Below are positions 34,853 to 48,256 of a stretch of 64,000 nucleotides of DNA, piece by piece; position 1 is the first letter of the stretch, and each line of letters begins with the position of its first letter. Location: NCBI GenBank assembly GCA_964016885.1, contig OZ024743.1:143530001-143594000 (forward strand). Direction: 5' to 3'. The notes under the pieces were generated by a model. That model was not told the DNA's origin. It searched no databases and was given only the letters and a program-made list of their open reading frames with translations. Position numbers and translations under genes: made by a program. Source of the stretch: Eledone cirrhosa. Lineage: Eukaryota.

Positions 34853-36681
34853 TACTTCTCTTAGGTCAGTGTTGTTTGTTTGGGTGTTGTTATTCCATTC
34901 ATTTTTTCTGTTTAGCCTTAGCCTTCTAAGTTCTATTTTACTGGCCTCTCTGATTTGCCTATCTGCTGGGTCATTTCTATGTTTAGATATTATTCTAATT
35001 TCTATGTTGTCTATGTTACCGTCGTGTTGTTGTCTGGCATGTTCGTATAGTACTGAACCGTTTTTTCGTCCTTTTAGTTCCCCCCAGTGTTGATCTATGT
35101 TTCACCTATGCTACGAACTGTCTCGCCTATATATGTTGTTGTCATGTTTCTGCAAGTACTCTCTGTACATCTTATGCTATAGACTACGTTTCTAGTTTTA
35201 CATTTTATCCGGGGGTTTACCTTACATATGATACACTTCCTATTAGTACAGTGGGTTTTCTTAAAAGGGTAGGTTTTGCTGATCAGGGATTTTATGGTGG
35301 TTCCTGGCTTTTCTACCACCTTAATCTTTAAGTGGGTCTTTCTCAGGGCCTTTCTACACTGGTTAGCTAATTTCCCTCCAGGGGTAGCGTTCACAAACAT
35401 GACACTCTGGTATCTCTGGTTGTCGCACCATGAGGTAACTTTCTCTATCTTATGTCTAGCCCTATCTAAGCTATTCCATGATTTGCTCCTGTATAATGGG
35501 CAAATTCCTTTCATGTCCAGTTCTATGAGGGTCTTATACTTCTCCGTGGCTCCTTCGTATACACTGAATCTAGAGAACTGCATGCGGTTGATGAAGTGTT
35601 GGATGTGCCTTTCCATTTCTGTTCGCTCGCCCATGCGTGACACGTTCGTCATCACTCGTACCAAGTCTGCGATCAGAATATTAAACTTAGCACTACTGGA
35701 CATTGCTGAGTTTTTGAGTATCAGGTATTTGGAGGCCATGGGTTTAGCATAGTGTGAGTGGAGAATTTGGGCTCTCTCGTCTATAGTGTTAATCCAGAGT
35801 TCCATGTCTAATACAGGTAGTCTATTGTTAGGGTGTTTGGAAGGGTAGACGATAGTTACAGTTATACTCTGGTGTATGGAATTAGCTATCTGCTGGATGC
35901 TTTCCATTGTGCTACGTTCTAAATCAAACCTGTTAGTGCTCTCTTGTGGCGGATGTTCTTATAACTATATTGATATCGTCTACGTAACGAGAGTACATGA
36001 TGAGGTCTATGGAGCTCTCATTAAGGAGATCTTTAAATCTCCTTTCCCACCATACCATAAAAAGGTTGGCAACGTCACCAGCTATGCTGACGCCATGGCT
36101 GCTCCCTCATTTTGGGTGTAGATCTTCTCGTTGAACTTGAATATGTGGCCCTTTAGGGTAGTCTTGATACTAGCCCCTATTGCATGTGCGACCATTTTTC
36201 TTACCTGATCATTGTTTTGGGGGGGTCCGTATAGCTTTGGTCCACCAAATCCACCTTCCCATGGGAGTCTTTTTAGCCATTGAGGTTATGGCGGGGGTCT
36301 ACCTCTTATGGGTCTACTGGGGCAGAAACGTCTAAGGTCATGGCTGTCTAGGTAGTCAGTGTCGTAGGTAAGTCTAAGTAGGAGGCCCAGTTCGTCTGTG
36401 TCGACGTCGCATAACTCCACCTCGCTCTCAATGATCATCTCCACACATTTTTCCACAGCATTTTTTACCGTTGGTCAGTCAATGGCAACATTGAGGACCG
36501 AATAAATTAAATTAACCGATATAAAAGACACAGAAGTGAAAGCGAAAACCAACCAAACAGTGAGTGTGTTCTGTTATTAATTTTGGCAATATTACACAAA
36601 TATGACCCTCCTCAAGTATAACAATATTTGTTTCGACACACGATTTCATATCAAAAACCTCGCAAAACTAATTCATCACCG
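34660..36681 (-). mobile_element. Penelope-like element P2, degenerate, with inverted 3'-end segment 36460-36681
   Basis: ORF 35095-35907 is homologous to P1; 36602-36627 is reverse-complementary to the P1 3' end at 32165-32190. Confidence 0.82.
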
Positions 36682-36789
36682 TATATATATATATACGTAT
36701 ATATATATATATATATATACGTATATATATATATATATATACGTATATATATATATATATACGTATATATATATATATATATTTATACG

Positions 36790-36850
<61 letters not shown>

Positions 36851-36855
36851 GTATA

Positions 36856-36891
<36 letters not shown>

Positions 36892-36927
36892 CGTATATAT
36901 ATATACGTATATATATATATATATACG

Positions 36928-36959
<32 letters not shown>

Positions 36960-36961
36960 CG

Positions 36962-36997
<36 letters not shown>

Positions 36998-37022
36998 CGT
37001 ATATATATATATATATATATAC

Positions 37023-37111
<89 letters not shown>

Positions 37112-37310
37112 TACGTATATATATATATATACGTATATATATATATATATACGTATATACATATATATATACGTATATATATATATATATATATACGTAT
37201 ATATATATATATATATATACGTATATACATATATATATACGTATATATATATATATATATACGTATATATATATATATATATATATACGTATATATATAT
37301 ATATATATAC

Positions 37311-37352
<42 letters not shown>

Positions 37353-37426
37353 GTATATATATATATATATATATATATACGTATATATATATATATATAT
37401 ACATATATACGTATATATATATATAC

Positions 37427-37480
<54 letters not shown>

Positions 37481-37633
37481 GTACGTATATATATATGTAT
37501 ACGTATATATATATATATACGTATATATATATGTATACGTATATATATATATATACGTATATATATATATATACGTATATATATATATATACATATATAT
37601 ACGTATATATATATGTATATATATATGTATATA

Positions 37634-37665
<32 letters not shown>

Positions 37666-37769
37666 CGTATATATATATATATATACGTATATATATATAT
37701 ATACATATATATACGTATATATATATGTATATATATATGTATATATATATGTATATATATATGTATATA

Positions 37770-37812
<43 letters not shown>

Positions 37813-37919
37813 GTATATGTATATGTATATATATTATATATATATATATATATACGTATATGTATATATACGTATATATATATATATATATATACGTATA
37901 TATATATATATATATATAC

Positions 37920-37973
<54 letters not shown>

Positions 37974-38021
37974 GTATATATATATATACGTATATATATA
38001 TATACGTATATATATATATAC

Positions 38022-38061
<40 letters not shown>

Positions 38062-38097
38062 GTATTATATATATATACGTATATATATATATATACG

Positions 38098-38130
<33 letters not shown>

Positions 38131-38227
38131 ACGTATATATATATATATACGTATATATATATATACGTATATATATATTACGTATATATATATATATATA
38201 CGTATATATATATATATATATATATAC

Positions 38228-38269
<42 letters not shown>

Positions 38270-38349
38270 GTATATATATATATATATATATACGTATATA
38301 TATATATATATACGTATATATATATATACGTATATATATATATATACGT

Positions 38350-38382
<33 letters not shown>

Positions 38383-38419
38383 CGTATATATATATATATA
38401 TACGTATATATATATATAC

Positions 38420-38455
<36 letters not shown>

Positions 38456-38471
38456 GTATATATATATATAC

Positions 38472-38511
<40 letters not shown>

Positions 38512-38527
38512 GTATATATACATATAC

Positions 38528-38573
<46 letters not shown>

Positions 38574-38576
38574 GTG

Positions 38577-38610
<34 letters not shown>

Positions 38611-38617
38611 TACATAA

Positions 38618-38650
<33 letters not shown>

Positions 38651-38660
38651 TGTATGTATG
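36682..38660. repeat. (TA)n array with TACGTA interruptions
   Basis: Direct reading. Confidence 0.95.
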
Positions 38661-39433
38661 TATATTCAACGAAGGGTTAAAATGAATTAAGTAATAGTTA
38701 GAAGTTGTTAGGTGGATTAACATGAATAATAGTTGAAATCACAATAATAAGAAGAATAGGTGTAATAACGAAAATATAAAGAATAAATGATTTGGTTATA
38801 TATAGTTTACTTCACGTGAATCAATTAAAAAGTACATATAAAACTGTTACCAAGAGTTGTTAATGTTGTTATTGTTGCTGTTGTGGGGCTGTTGTAGTCT
38901 GTTGTTGTTGTTGGTGTGAAAACAGCGAGCGACAGATAATTGTTGTTGTTGTTGGAATTTGAAGGTCCGTGGTAGTAGTTGTGAGACCGTAGTTAGTAAG
39001 AGAGAGACAGAGACATGGTTTGTATATCTCTGAATGGTCTGTAATTGGTTGTAGACCACAGTGGCTTTTGCATGGTCTGTACTAGTAGGGCTCCAATCTC
39101 TGTGTGTGTATCTGTAGACCTCATGGTGTCTGTTGATAGTGGTCAATCCTTACATAGTTAGTTGCTAGCGTAATGCTCCGATGTCTCTGGCTTTTCTGTA
39201 GACCTCTGGGATCTGAAGTTAGCGGTTAATCTTTACATAGTTAGTTGTGTATCCTATCGCTCCGATGTCTCTGTGTAAAGTGGGAAAATATAGGCCTTAT
39301 ATACCTATCGCTTCCTATCTCCCACCTTGAGAGGATAGCCAACACATTAACCTGTCTACACCAAAAGGGTGTTGACCTAGAATTTAACCTTTAGGTATCA
39401 CCCAAAGTTCAAGGCGCGGACAGATTTCGCTAC
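38661..39433 (-). mobile_element. Possible solo LTR
   Basis: Minus strand starts TGTAGCG; TATATAA at ~39296-39302; (CAA)n tracts; possible ...TACA ends at 38761 or 38659; no PBS/PPT checked. Confidence 0.3.
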
Positions 39434-39444
39434 ATATATATATA

Positions 39445-39700
39445 TTAGAAAGTGAACAACACAAGATATAACTACTCCATTACCGAAGGTTTCTGGATTC
39501 CTGACAATATTAATATACGTCTGGATCTGTCATCAGACAGAGATGTTATGATGACCGATCCAGACGTATATTAATATTGTCTGGGATCCAGAAACCTTTG
39601 GTAATGGAGTAGTTATATTTTGTGTTGTTCACTTTCTAATTAAATAGCTCTGTTCTATATATAGAGCACTCTTTTTTCCTTTGCTTTTCCTTCGGAGTTA
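39445..39700 (+). repeat. Foldback element (~90-bp arms) with degenerate HHR
   Basis: 39445-39535 is inverted relative to 39547-39640; CTGATGA..stem..GAAACCTTCGGTA on the minus arm. Confidence 0.6.
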
Positions 39701-39702
39701 CC

Positions 39703-39826
<124 letters not shown>

Positions 39827-40183
39827 GTATATAAGTTTATCCCGGGTTCAATCGGGGGTAACCACAGTAAGTAAGGTACTCAATACATAGCAGAGTATAA
39901 ATATTTAATATAGAAATGGCTTCTACAGTCCTGTAAAAGCTATTTCTATGTATGTATATGTATATGTGTATATATATATATATATATCATGTAGCCCAGT
40001 GCAAACAATCACATTGTAGGGTTGTTGGCAACTGAACCGACAGCCCCACCCACCAAGCTTGTTTGGTTGGTTAGGAAGGTGATTTTTGAAAACTCTGCAG
40101 GTTGAAAAACAAAACTCGTCAAACGGCAAAGAAACCCAGGAGGGTCAACAACCATTCAATAATGACTAGTTATTTATGTTATA

Positions 40184-40242
<59 letters not shown>

Positions 40243-40245
<3 letters not shown>

Positions 40246-43060
40246 CACGGGGACATGGAAATGCTGGGTTTGGTGACTGAGCGCGCGGTTAGCCCACTGG
40301 ATGTGAAAGACCCCTGGTCCTTGTTAGGACATCATTCTATGAGAAGGAAAACTCCGATGCAAAACCTGCGACTTGATGGCAGCTAATAATGTTGACCTAT
40401 TCATCTTTTTGAATACCTGTCACCGTTATTCGGAAAGTGGGATCGATCCAGTGCAAGGCGTTTCCTTAAAAAATAACTTCAAGCACAGATATCATGTGAT
40501 CTAAACATCTTTCACGTGTGTTGTATGGGCATAGCTGGCCATAGCTGCAAAAGGCAAAACACTTAAAAACGTTGAACTCAATGACGTATCAGTCAATAGC
40601 AATAAGGGCTTTAGAATAAGTGAAATGGTTTGGATCGACAGGTGTCCCAAGGAACTGCAACCTGTGCCGGGTCGTCATCCAGCTATTGTGATAAAAGCAA
40701 AACCAAACCTTTTGAATATTGGTTGTTGGAACATAGGGAGATCATTAGACTGTAAACTCACATTGTCTCGTCCTGAAAGATCATCACTTGTGGCAAAAGA
40801 GCTTCAATGTTATAATATGGGTGCTGTAGCTTTGTCTGAAACCAGGTTTGTTGGGGACGGTCATTGTCGAGGTTCATTCTAGAGAATACACTTTTTATTA
40901 GCGTGGAGGGTCAAAAGGATGCAAAAGGATGGCTTGGCTGGCATTTGCTATCAAAAATACAATTGCTTCCAGACTAGATGAGTTTCCTCGTGGCTTCTCT
41001 GATCGTCTCATTTCTGTGGGGCTTTCAAAAATATGTATGCTACATTTGTGAGCGTATATGCTCCGACTATGTGCACTACGGAGGACGAACAGCTTTCATT
41101 TTATCTTTCCTTAAAAGAAATTGTCCGGAAGATGCCTCTATCTGATAAAACTATCACACCTGGGGATTTTAATGCTCGGGTTGAAAAGACCAGAGGACTT
41201 GGGATGTGATTAGCAAAATCCAATAGCAATGGCTTGTTACTCCTGCGAATGTGCCAGGATTTACGCCTTTGTATAGCTAACACTTTCTTCTAGCACAAGG
41301 AGAAGCAAAAACAAGACAACTTGGATGCATTCAAGTTCAAAGCAGTAGGATACGATAGATTTTGTTCTTGTGTGTAAGCGTGATTTTCGATACATCTGTG
41401 ATGTCCGTGTGTTGCGAGTAGCTGAGTGCTGGGCAGACCATCATCTTGTTCACACTAAGGTAAAATTGGTAGTAAAGCCGAAAATACGAGTAAATGGTGT
41501 TGTTGTTACAAAGAAAGTAAATATTGCTCTGATTAAAAATACTTAAAAAATGGTTAGGCTGGTGAGAAGGTTAGGCAAGTTTCAATGCAATGAAACATGG
41601 GAAGGTTCCAAAACTTCGGATTATGACTCCTCGGCATCTGTTCTTGGTTCTATTAATAGGTAACACCAACATTGGTTCGATGAGGAAGAAATTGAAGTGC
41701 TACTTAATAAAAAGAAAACAGCGATGATGAGAGTCCTTGCAGGAAGGCAAGGAGCTGGAAAGAGTGAAGCGTTGGTGAAGGAGGTGAAAGCCAACTTACA
41801 GCGCAAAACATGCAAGATACATGGTGAAGAAGTAAAGCGAAGGAGATTCAGGCTGCAGCTGATGCCAACAATACAAACTACTTTACAACTTATTATTAGA
41901 AGTCTATTAGGGCGGTAAATTGGTGGTATCGGTAGAGCGCCGGATAACATACATTGTGTCATAGAATTACAGCCCTTTACGTTCTGAGTGCAAATCCCGT
42001 CAAAGTTAGCTTTGCCTTTCATCCTTACGGGGTCGATAAAATAAAGCACCAGAAATGCACTAGGGTCGATTTAATTGACTTTCCCCTCCCCACAAATTGC
42101 TGGCCTTGTGCCTATACTAGAAATAATTATTAGAGGTGTATGGTACTTATTCTCGAATTGCACCGCTGAAATCTCAAAATGGTAGCGAATTGTTTAGAGA
42201 CCCAAAGGACATCCTTTTGAGATGGAGGAAACACTTCAATGAACCTTTGAATAGACCTGCTCTGCGAGTTTATTGACTAAATTCTTAGTTGGTCTACAAA
42301 GGATGTACTAGCAGAAAGTCCTACCATGGAGGAGGTGGAAGAAGCTGTAAAAACTCAATAATGGAAAGTCGCCAGGTAGGGATGGTATTTATGTTGGAGT
42401 ACTGAAATATAGAGGTTGAAACGTTCTTTGACTTCTTACAAACCTGATACGTAAGGTTTGTGAAGAAGGAAGCGTTCCTCAAGACTGGAAAGATGCATTG
42501 ATGGCGGTGCTTTATAAAGGAAACGGCGCAAAGGATGATTGTAGAAATTATCCTGGAATAGCCCTCCTGTCAGCTGTGGGAAAAGTGTTGTGTAAGATCA
42601 TGCTGGACAGATTGCTAGATAGAATCACTGCCAATGTTCTTCTTGTGTCGCAGAATGGCTTTAGAAGTGACAGAGTGACAGTAGACATGATCATCTCTGT
42701 GAAGCAACTACAGGAGAAGTGCATTGAACAGAGAATGGATTTGTATCACGTCTTTGTTGACTTGACAAAGGCTTTTGATACGGTGAATAGATCTGCCTTA
42801 TGGAAGATTCTAAGCTCATTTGTCATGACATGTTCGTATCAGTTCTGAGAGGTATTCGTGATAGTATGCAGCTTGAGTCAATATAGGTGGACAGCTGTCA
42901 GATCCTATTTTTGTTGAAAATGAGGTAAAACAAGGGCTATACCAGCACCTACACTGATTACATTGTATTTCTCTATGATTTTCCTTATGACATTTTAGGA
43001 CTGCATACATGGACTGCTTGAACATTTTCATCAACAGTGTCTTCGTCAAATACTCGATAT
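40243..43060 (+). pseudogene. Old RTE/BovB-like LINE (5' UTR, APE, partial RT)
   Basis: NIGCWNI, ALSETR, VYAPT, GDFNARV, FVDLTKAFDTV; many stops. Confidence 0.82.
41909..42132 (+). mobile_element. tRNA-derived SINE nested in the BovB-like LINE
   Basis: Core GCCTTTCATCCTTACGGGGTCGATAAAATAAAG; (AAT)n tail; further copies at ~51820-51930 (+), 52745-52875, 53468-53730 and 54092-54250 (-). Confidence 0.78.
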
Positions 43061-43345
43061 CTATTGGCAATCATATATGTGTAATGTTGAGGTACTGGAA
43101 TGAAGTCATTTCTACTATAAAACCTTTAACCGTTTGACATTCAATAACAATATACACATTAAAAATTTGCCATTTAAAAATGTGTATTGCTGACTGTGTA
43201 TTGCTTAGCTAAAATACCGAGAAGCTGGCTAAGATGAAAATGTAGTTTTTAAATAAAATTTACCCAAGTTTCCATAATGCCGAAATTACAGACCGAAACC
43301 TGAAATTAGTGATAATTAACCGACTTAACATTAACCTGAGGGATG

Positions 43346-43406
<61 letters not shown>

Positions 43407-43516
43407 TTATTTATAGGAAAAGAGTCAGGACCCCGACGGATGAGCTCCGGCCGTTTCGACAGCTAGATCTGAAAGCGTTCAGATCTACTACCCTAAGTAT
43501 CGAGTACTCTGGTGCG

Positions 43517-43585
<69 letters not shown>

Positions 43586-43591
<6 letters not shown>

Positions 43592-43933
43592 TGAAATCGA
43601 AAATGCAACTGAAGTCTTATTTTTTTAAAAAATATATATATTTATTTGGTTCCTTTACCGGTTTCGCAGTTCTTCTGCTTTTCAAAAGGTGAGTTGAGAT
43701 GGAGGGTCTGTGGTTTTTCTCACATCAGATGTGAGAAAAACCACAGACCCTCCATCTCAATTCACCTTTTGAAAAGCAGAAGAACTGCGAAACCGGTAAA
43801 GGAACCAAATAAATATATATATTTAAAAAAAAAATAAGACTTCAGTTGCATTTTCGATTTCATCTCTTTTTCTTTATACTTCCACTCGTGTAGGACACCT
43901 CGGTTATTTTTCATTTTGTAAAAAAAACCTCAC

Positions 43934-43940
<7 letters not shown>
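43586..43940 (+). repeat. Foldback element (~140-bp arms) with HHR
   Basis: Apex ~43727; HHR at 43765-43802. Confidence 0.78.
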
Positions 43941-44019
<79 letters not shown>

Positions 44020-44179
44020 ATTTATATATATTTATTAAAATAACAGATTAAAGTTTAAGCAAAGAATCGCTGCTTTGGATTTTAGTCTTCAATTTTATTA
44101 TTATTACTATATATATATATATATATATATATAAGTTTAATCGATACATGTAAAATATGTATCGATTATGTTTCTCAAC

Positions 44180-44227
<48 letters not shown>

Positions 44228-44582
44228 GTTGAGAAACATAATCGATACATATTTTACATGTATCGATTAAACTTATATATATATATATATATATAAACCC
44301 AAATGCTGGATATTTTACCAACCTTCCTGGGGTCCGGGTTTAATTTTTCAATCATATTTTACTTGTTTGACCCGAATTACTTGGTCGTTTCTATGGCTGT
44401 GCGGATAATGGTTTAACCATAATCTCAGTGTGTTTGGCCTTTTAACTTATGTTGTTGCTCTAGTTCATTAGGTTCTATGGAGCGCTTGCCACACACCTCG
44501 GAAGTTGTTTTTCGCTAATTTCCAATAGCCGAAATACGATTCTCGCTAATTTATATTTGTATATATATATATATATATATAT

Positions 44583-45158
44583 GTAGATAAATCTACCAAG
44601 AGTTTACGGTAGTGTCCAATCCGTATGAAGGACTCAATGTATTCCGGATATCATGGAAAGAAGAGATGTAATGAAAATCCACTTTCGGTGAAAGATAAAC
44701 GGTATACAGAGTCAAGATAAAATATTAAAGAAATAATGAATAAACAATTCCTTATATTAAACAAAAAAAGTTCATTATTTAACGATCGTTTCTAGGGTAT
44801 ATATGTGTTATAATTGGTATGCATATTCAACAGATCTATGTACAAAATTATACAAAATTATACAAATTATCAAGATTAAATATACATACCTAACACATAT
44901 ATACGCCGTCTTCAGAAATAATTTATTTCTGAAGACATATATACGCCGTCTTCAGAAATAATTTATTTCTGAAGACGGCGTATATATGTGTTATGTATGT
45001 ATATTTAATCTTGATAATTTGTATAATTTTGTATAATTTTGTACATAGATCTGTTGAATATGCATACCAATTATAACACATATATACCCTAGAAACGATC
45101 GTTAAATAATGAACTTTTTTTGTTTAATATAAGGAATTGTTTATTCATTATTTCTTTA

Positions 45159-45167
<9 letters not shown>
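44583..45167 (+). repeat. Foldback element with long-stem-II HHR
   Basis: Arms 44717-44921 and 44962-45167; double apex; HHR at 44963-45109. Confidence 0.78.
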
Positions 45168-45218
<51 letters not shown>

Positions 45219-45221
<3 letters not shown>

Positions 45222-45534
45222 AACAGAAATAACAACACAATCGGTACAGTATATGGAAGGTATATATTAGGTTAACGCTTGATATAGCAGGAAGAGGGTC
45301 TTAACGTTTCGGACGCTAGTCCTTCATCAGAAGAAAGAATGAGAAATAAAATAGATTAAGGGGACGGGCGGGAAGGAATTAGAAAAAATGTCTTTAGATA
45401 AAAATAATAGGTCCATTCATGTTGACATCTCTTGCAAAACTGTTGGTGCTGTGTTTTGTGTATGATGGCGCGCGTCTACCTGAAATGGAAAAAAACCGTT
45501 TTGTAAAAAGAGCTATACTTGAGCACGCGCGCGC

Positions 45535-45572
<38 letters not shown>

Positions 45573-47403
45573 GCGTGCGCGCGTGTGTGTGTGTTATTAT
45601 AGGTCCGTAGGAAGCTAAGAAGAGATATGTGTGTATATGTGAGTAAAAGAGTGTGTGTGCATGTAAGTACGAAGCTATGAGCAAAGAGAAAGCGATAGGA
45701 ATCTAGTGGTGTGATAATGGACGGGGTATTAGAGAAATTGGGGAGGTAAGTTGAGTCCAAGAGGGGAATAGGACCCAAGACGGTGAATCAGACTTTGTTC
45801 AGTCCTGGTGCGCGAGGCCTGTGATCCATGATGTAAAAGGACACCCAGGACTGAAACATGTAAGGAAGAATGACCAGGAGAACAGAAATAACGAGCGACA
45901 GGAGTATCCAAACCGAGTCGTTTGTCCCTCAAATGTTCGGCAAAATGGTCCGCCATACGGCGTCCCGTTTGTCCGATATATAAAGACCCGCAAAGGGAAC
46001 ACCGGAGGGCATAAAAAACGTGGGTGGATGTGCAGGTGAAGGAATGGCGGATACAGAAAGATCCGTTAGGGCCTGTAAGAGTGGTGAGGGTGGAAATAAA
46101 GGGACAAATGTTGCAGCGGGAACGGGAACAAGGATGAGAGCCGGGTGGAGTCGTGGAAGAGGACGAAAAAGAACTGCGAACCAGGAGGTCGCGGAGGTTG
46201 CGGGCGCGCTTAAAAGCAGTAATGGATGGGTTTGGAAAAAAGCGAGAAGTGACGGGGTCAGAAGAGAGGATACGGAAGGAACGGAGGATATGTCGCCGGA
46301 GTGGTAGGGTGATGGGGTGGTAGGTGAGAGGGAAAGGAAAACGGGTGTTGGGAGGGTGGGGTTGAGGTGAGAGGGCTGTGGTGCGGTCTGTTTCACGGGC
46401 GCGGGTGAGAGCAGCTTGGATCAAGGTGGGTAGGATATCCACGCTGGATGAAGCAGGAAGCCATGCGAAGGGAATGGGTTTCGAAATCGTCGTCCTGGTT
46501 ACAGAGTCGATGAAGACGGAGGAATTGAGAATAGGGTATGGAGTGTTTGGTGTGGGTTGGATGGGAGGAGGTAAAGTCGAGGTAAGATTGGGAGTCTGTT
46601 GGTTTAATGAAGATGGAAGTAGAGAGGGTGTGGTGAGAGTGATTAATAGATAGAGATATCTAGAAAAGCGACAGAAGAATCGGAGACAGAGGCGGTGAAA
46701 TTGAGAGCAGGATGGAAAGATTGGACAAAAGAAAGAAAACAGTCGAACTGTTCTCGTGATAGAGAGGTGGCGCCGATACAGTCGTCGATATAACGACCGT
46801 ATAGCTCAGGAGTCTGTCCAGCGTACTGGGAGAAGATCTGGGCTTCGACGTAGGCAACAAACAAGTTGGCATAGTTTGGACCCATTCTGGTTCCTATCGC
46901 TACCCCAGAGAACTGCTGGTAAAATTCACCCGAAAATGAAAATCCATTAAGGGTGAGAACAAGCTCAGCCAGACGGAGAAGAGTGGTAGTGCTGGGGTAA
47001 GGAGTATGGCGTAAGTCTAAAGAATGCTGGAGAGCGCGGAGGCCGTCATCATGAGGGATGACGGTATAGAGAGAAGTAATGTCCATGGTAAAGAGAAGGC
47101 GGGAGGGACCAGGATGGAAGGAGAAAGAGTTGAAGAGTCTAAGGGCATGATTTGTATCGTGAATGTGGGAGGGGAGATTGCCGACCAACAGGGCGAGGAT
47201 GGTGTCTAAATATTCAGAAATTATCTCGGTGGGGCAGTTGCACGCAGAAACGATAGGACGGCCAGGATTATTTTGTTTGTGCATTTTGGGGAGGAAGTAG
47301 ATGGTGGGTGTGCTAGGGGTGCGTACAATAAGGTTGGTGGCTGTGGGGGTAGGTGAGAGGAGGAGATGAGCTCGTGGGATGGTGGAGGACACGAGTTGTT
47401 GGT
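45219..47403 (-). mobile_element. Penelope-like element P3 (Neptune-like: RT, Cys linker, GIY-YIG), 5'-truncated
   Basis: LPKMHK..PGRPIVS, MDITSLYT, GTRMGPNYANLF, RYIDD; CSRSRCNIC; FYALRCSLC..YIGQTGR. Confidence 0.9.
45299..45334 (-). ncRNA. Minimal hammerhead ribozyme in the P3 3' UTR
   Basis: tctt CTGATGA a ggac tagc gtcc GAAA cg TT aaga. Confidence 0.85.
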
Positions 47404-48191
47404 AGATATATATATATATGTGTGTGTGTGTAATTAGAAGACCCTCCTCCCCACACAGGTCCCTAATTACCATGGTTTTGTACTACTAATTCATAATTAT
47501 GTATGTGTATTTTGGTGTTGCCTTTTTATATGCTGATTCCTCCGCGTGTTCTATTATCAACTATAACAATTTTAAGAGTTTTTCTTCTTTATTTTTCAAA
47601 TATTTGCTACATATCATAAACCGGTTGTTGATAGGTTTCAAGCTATTTATTGGTCAAGTTTCCCAAACAATTCGTAAACACAGGATACGTTTTATATTGG
47701 AAGCAATGAACTTTCGTGAAACGGAAAATTTTACGTTTCTAAATATATTCAACATTTTCTAATTTTCTATGACATTGTTAAAGGAGACGGACTTCCTGAT
47801 GAATTGATCTATAAAAATTGTAAATATGATTATATACATATCTCTCTGGAATTTTACAAATGTTTTTCTTGTGTTGTCTTATGTTGAATTCACAAGTCAA
47901 CGTTCAATTCACAAATCTTACAAACGTCATGTGCACTATCTTCATATTTTTTTTAATCATTATCAAATACTATCTGGCCCGTCCGACTGGCGTCCAGCAA
48001 GGTATACCTGCCCCCACCACTCCACTGCAAAGATACCACACACCCTCCCGTGTCACATTGTCCTTCCGACTCCCTCTCTCTGAATAACTAACACTTTAAT
48101 TGTATCTCTCTCTGTCTAACGGCCTATCTCTCTCTTTCCCCCTCCCTCTGTTTTTCTGCCCCTCTCTGTAGATGTGTGTGTGTAGTTTTCC

Positions 48192-48252
<61 letters not shown>

Positions 48253-48256
<4 letters not shown>

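Noticed and set aside
43415-43518. Possible HHR (minus strand hairpin + GAAACGGCCG)
   Set aside because: No CUGANGA core or NUH site found; at most a remnant.
44131-44277. MITE from 55-bp inverted repeats around (TA)n
   Set aside because: No TSD or recognisable TIR; more likely another foldback remnant.
47790-47830. CTGATGA motif
   Set aside because: No stem II/GAAA or stem I partner.
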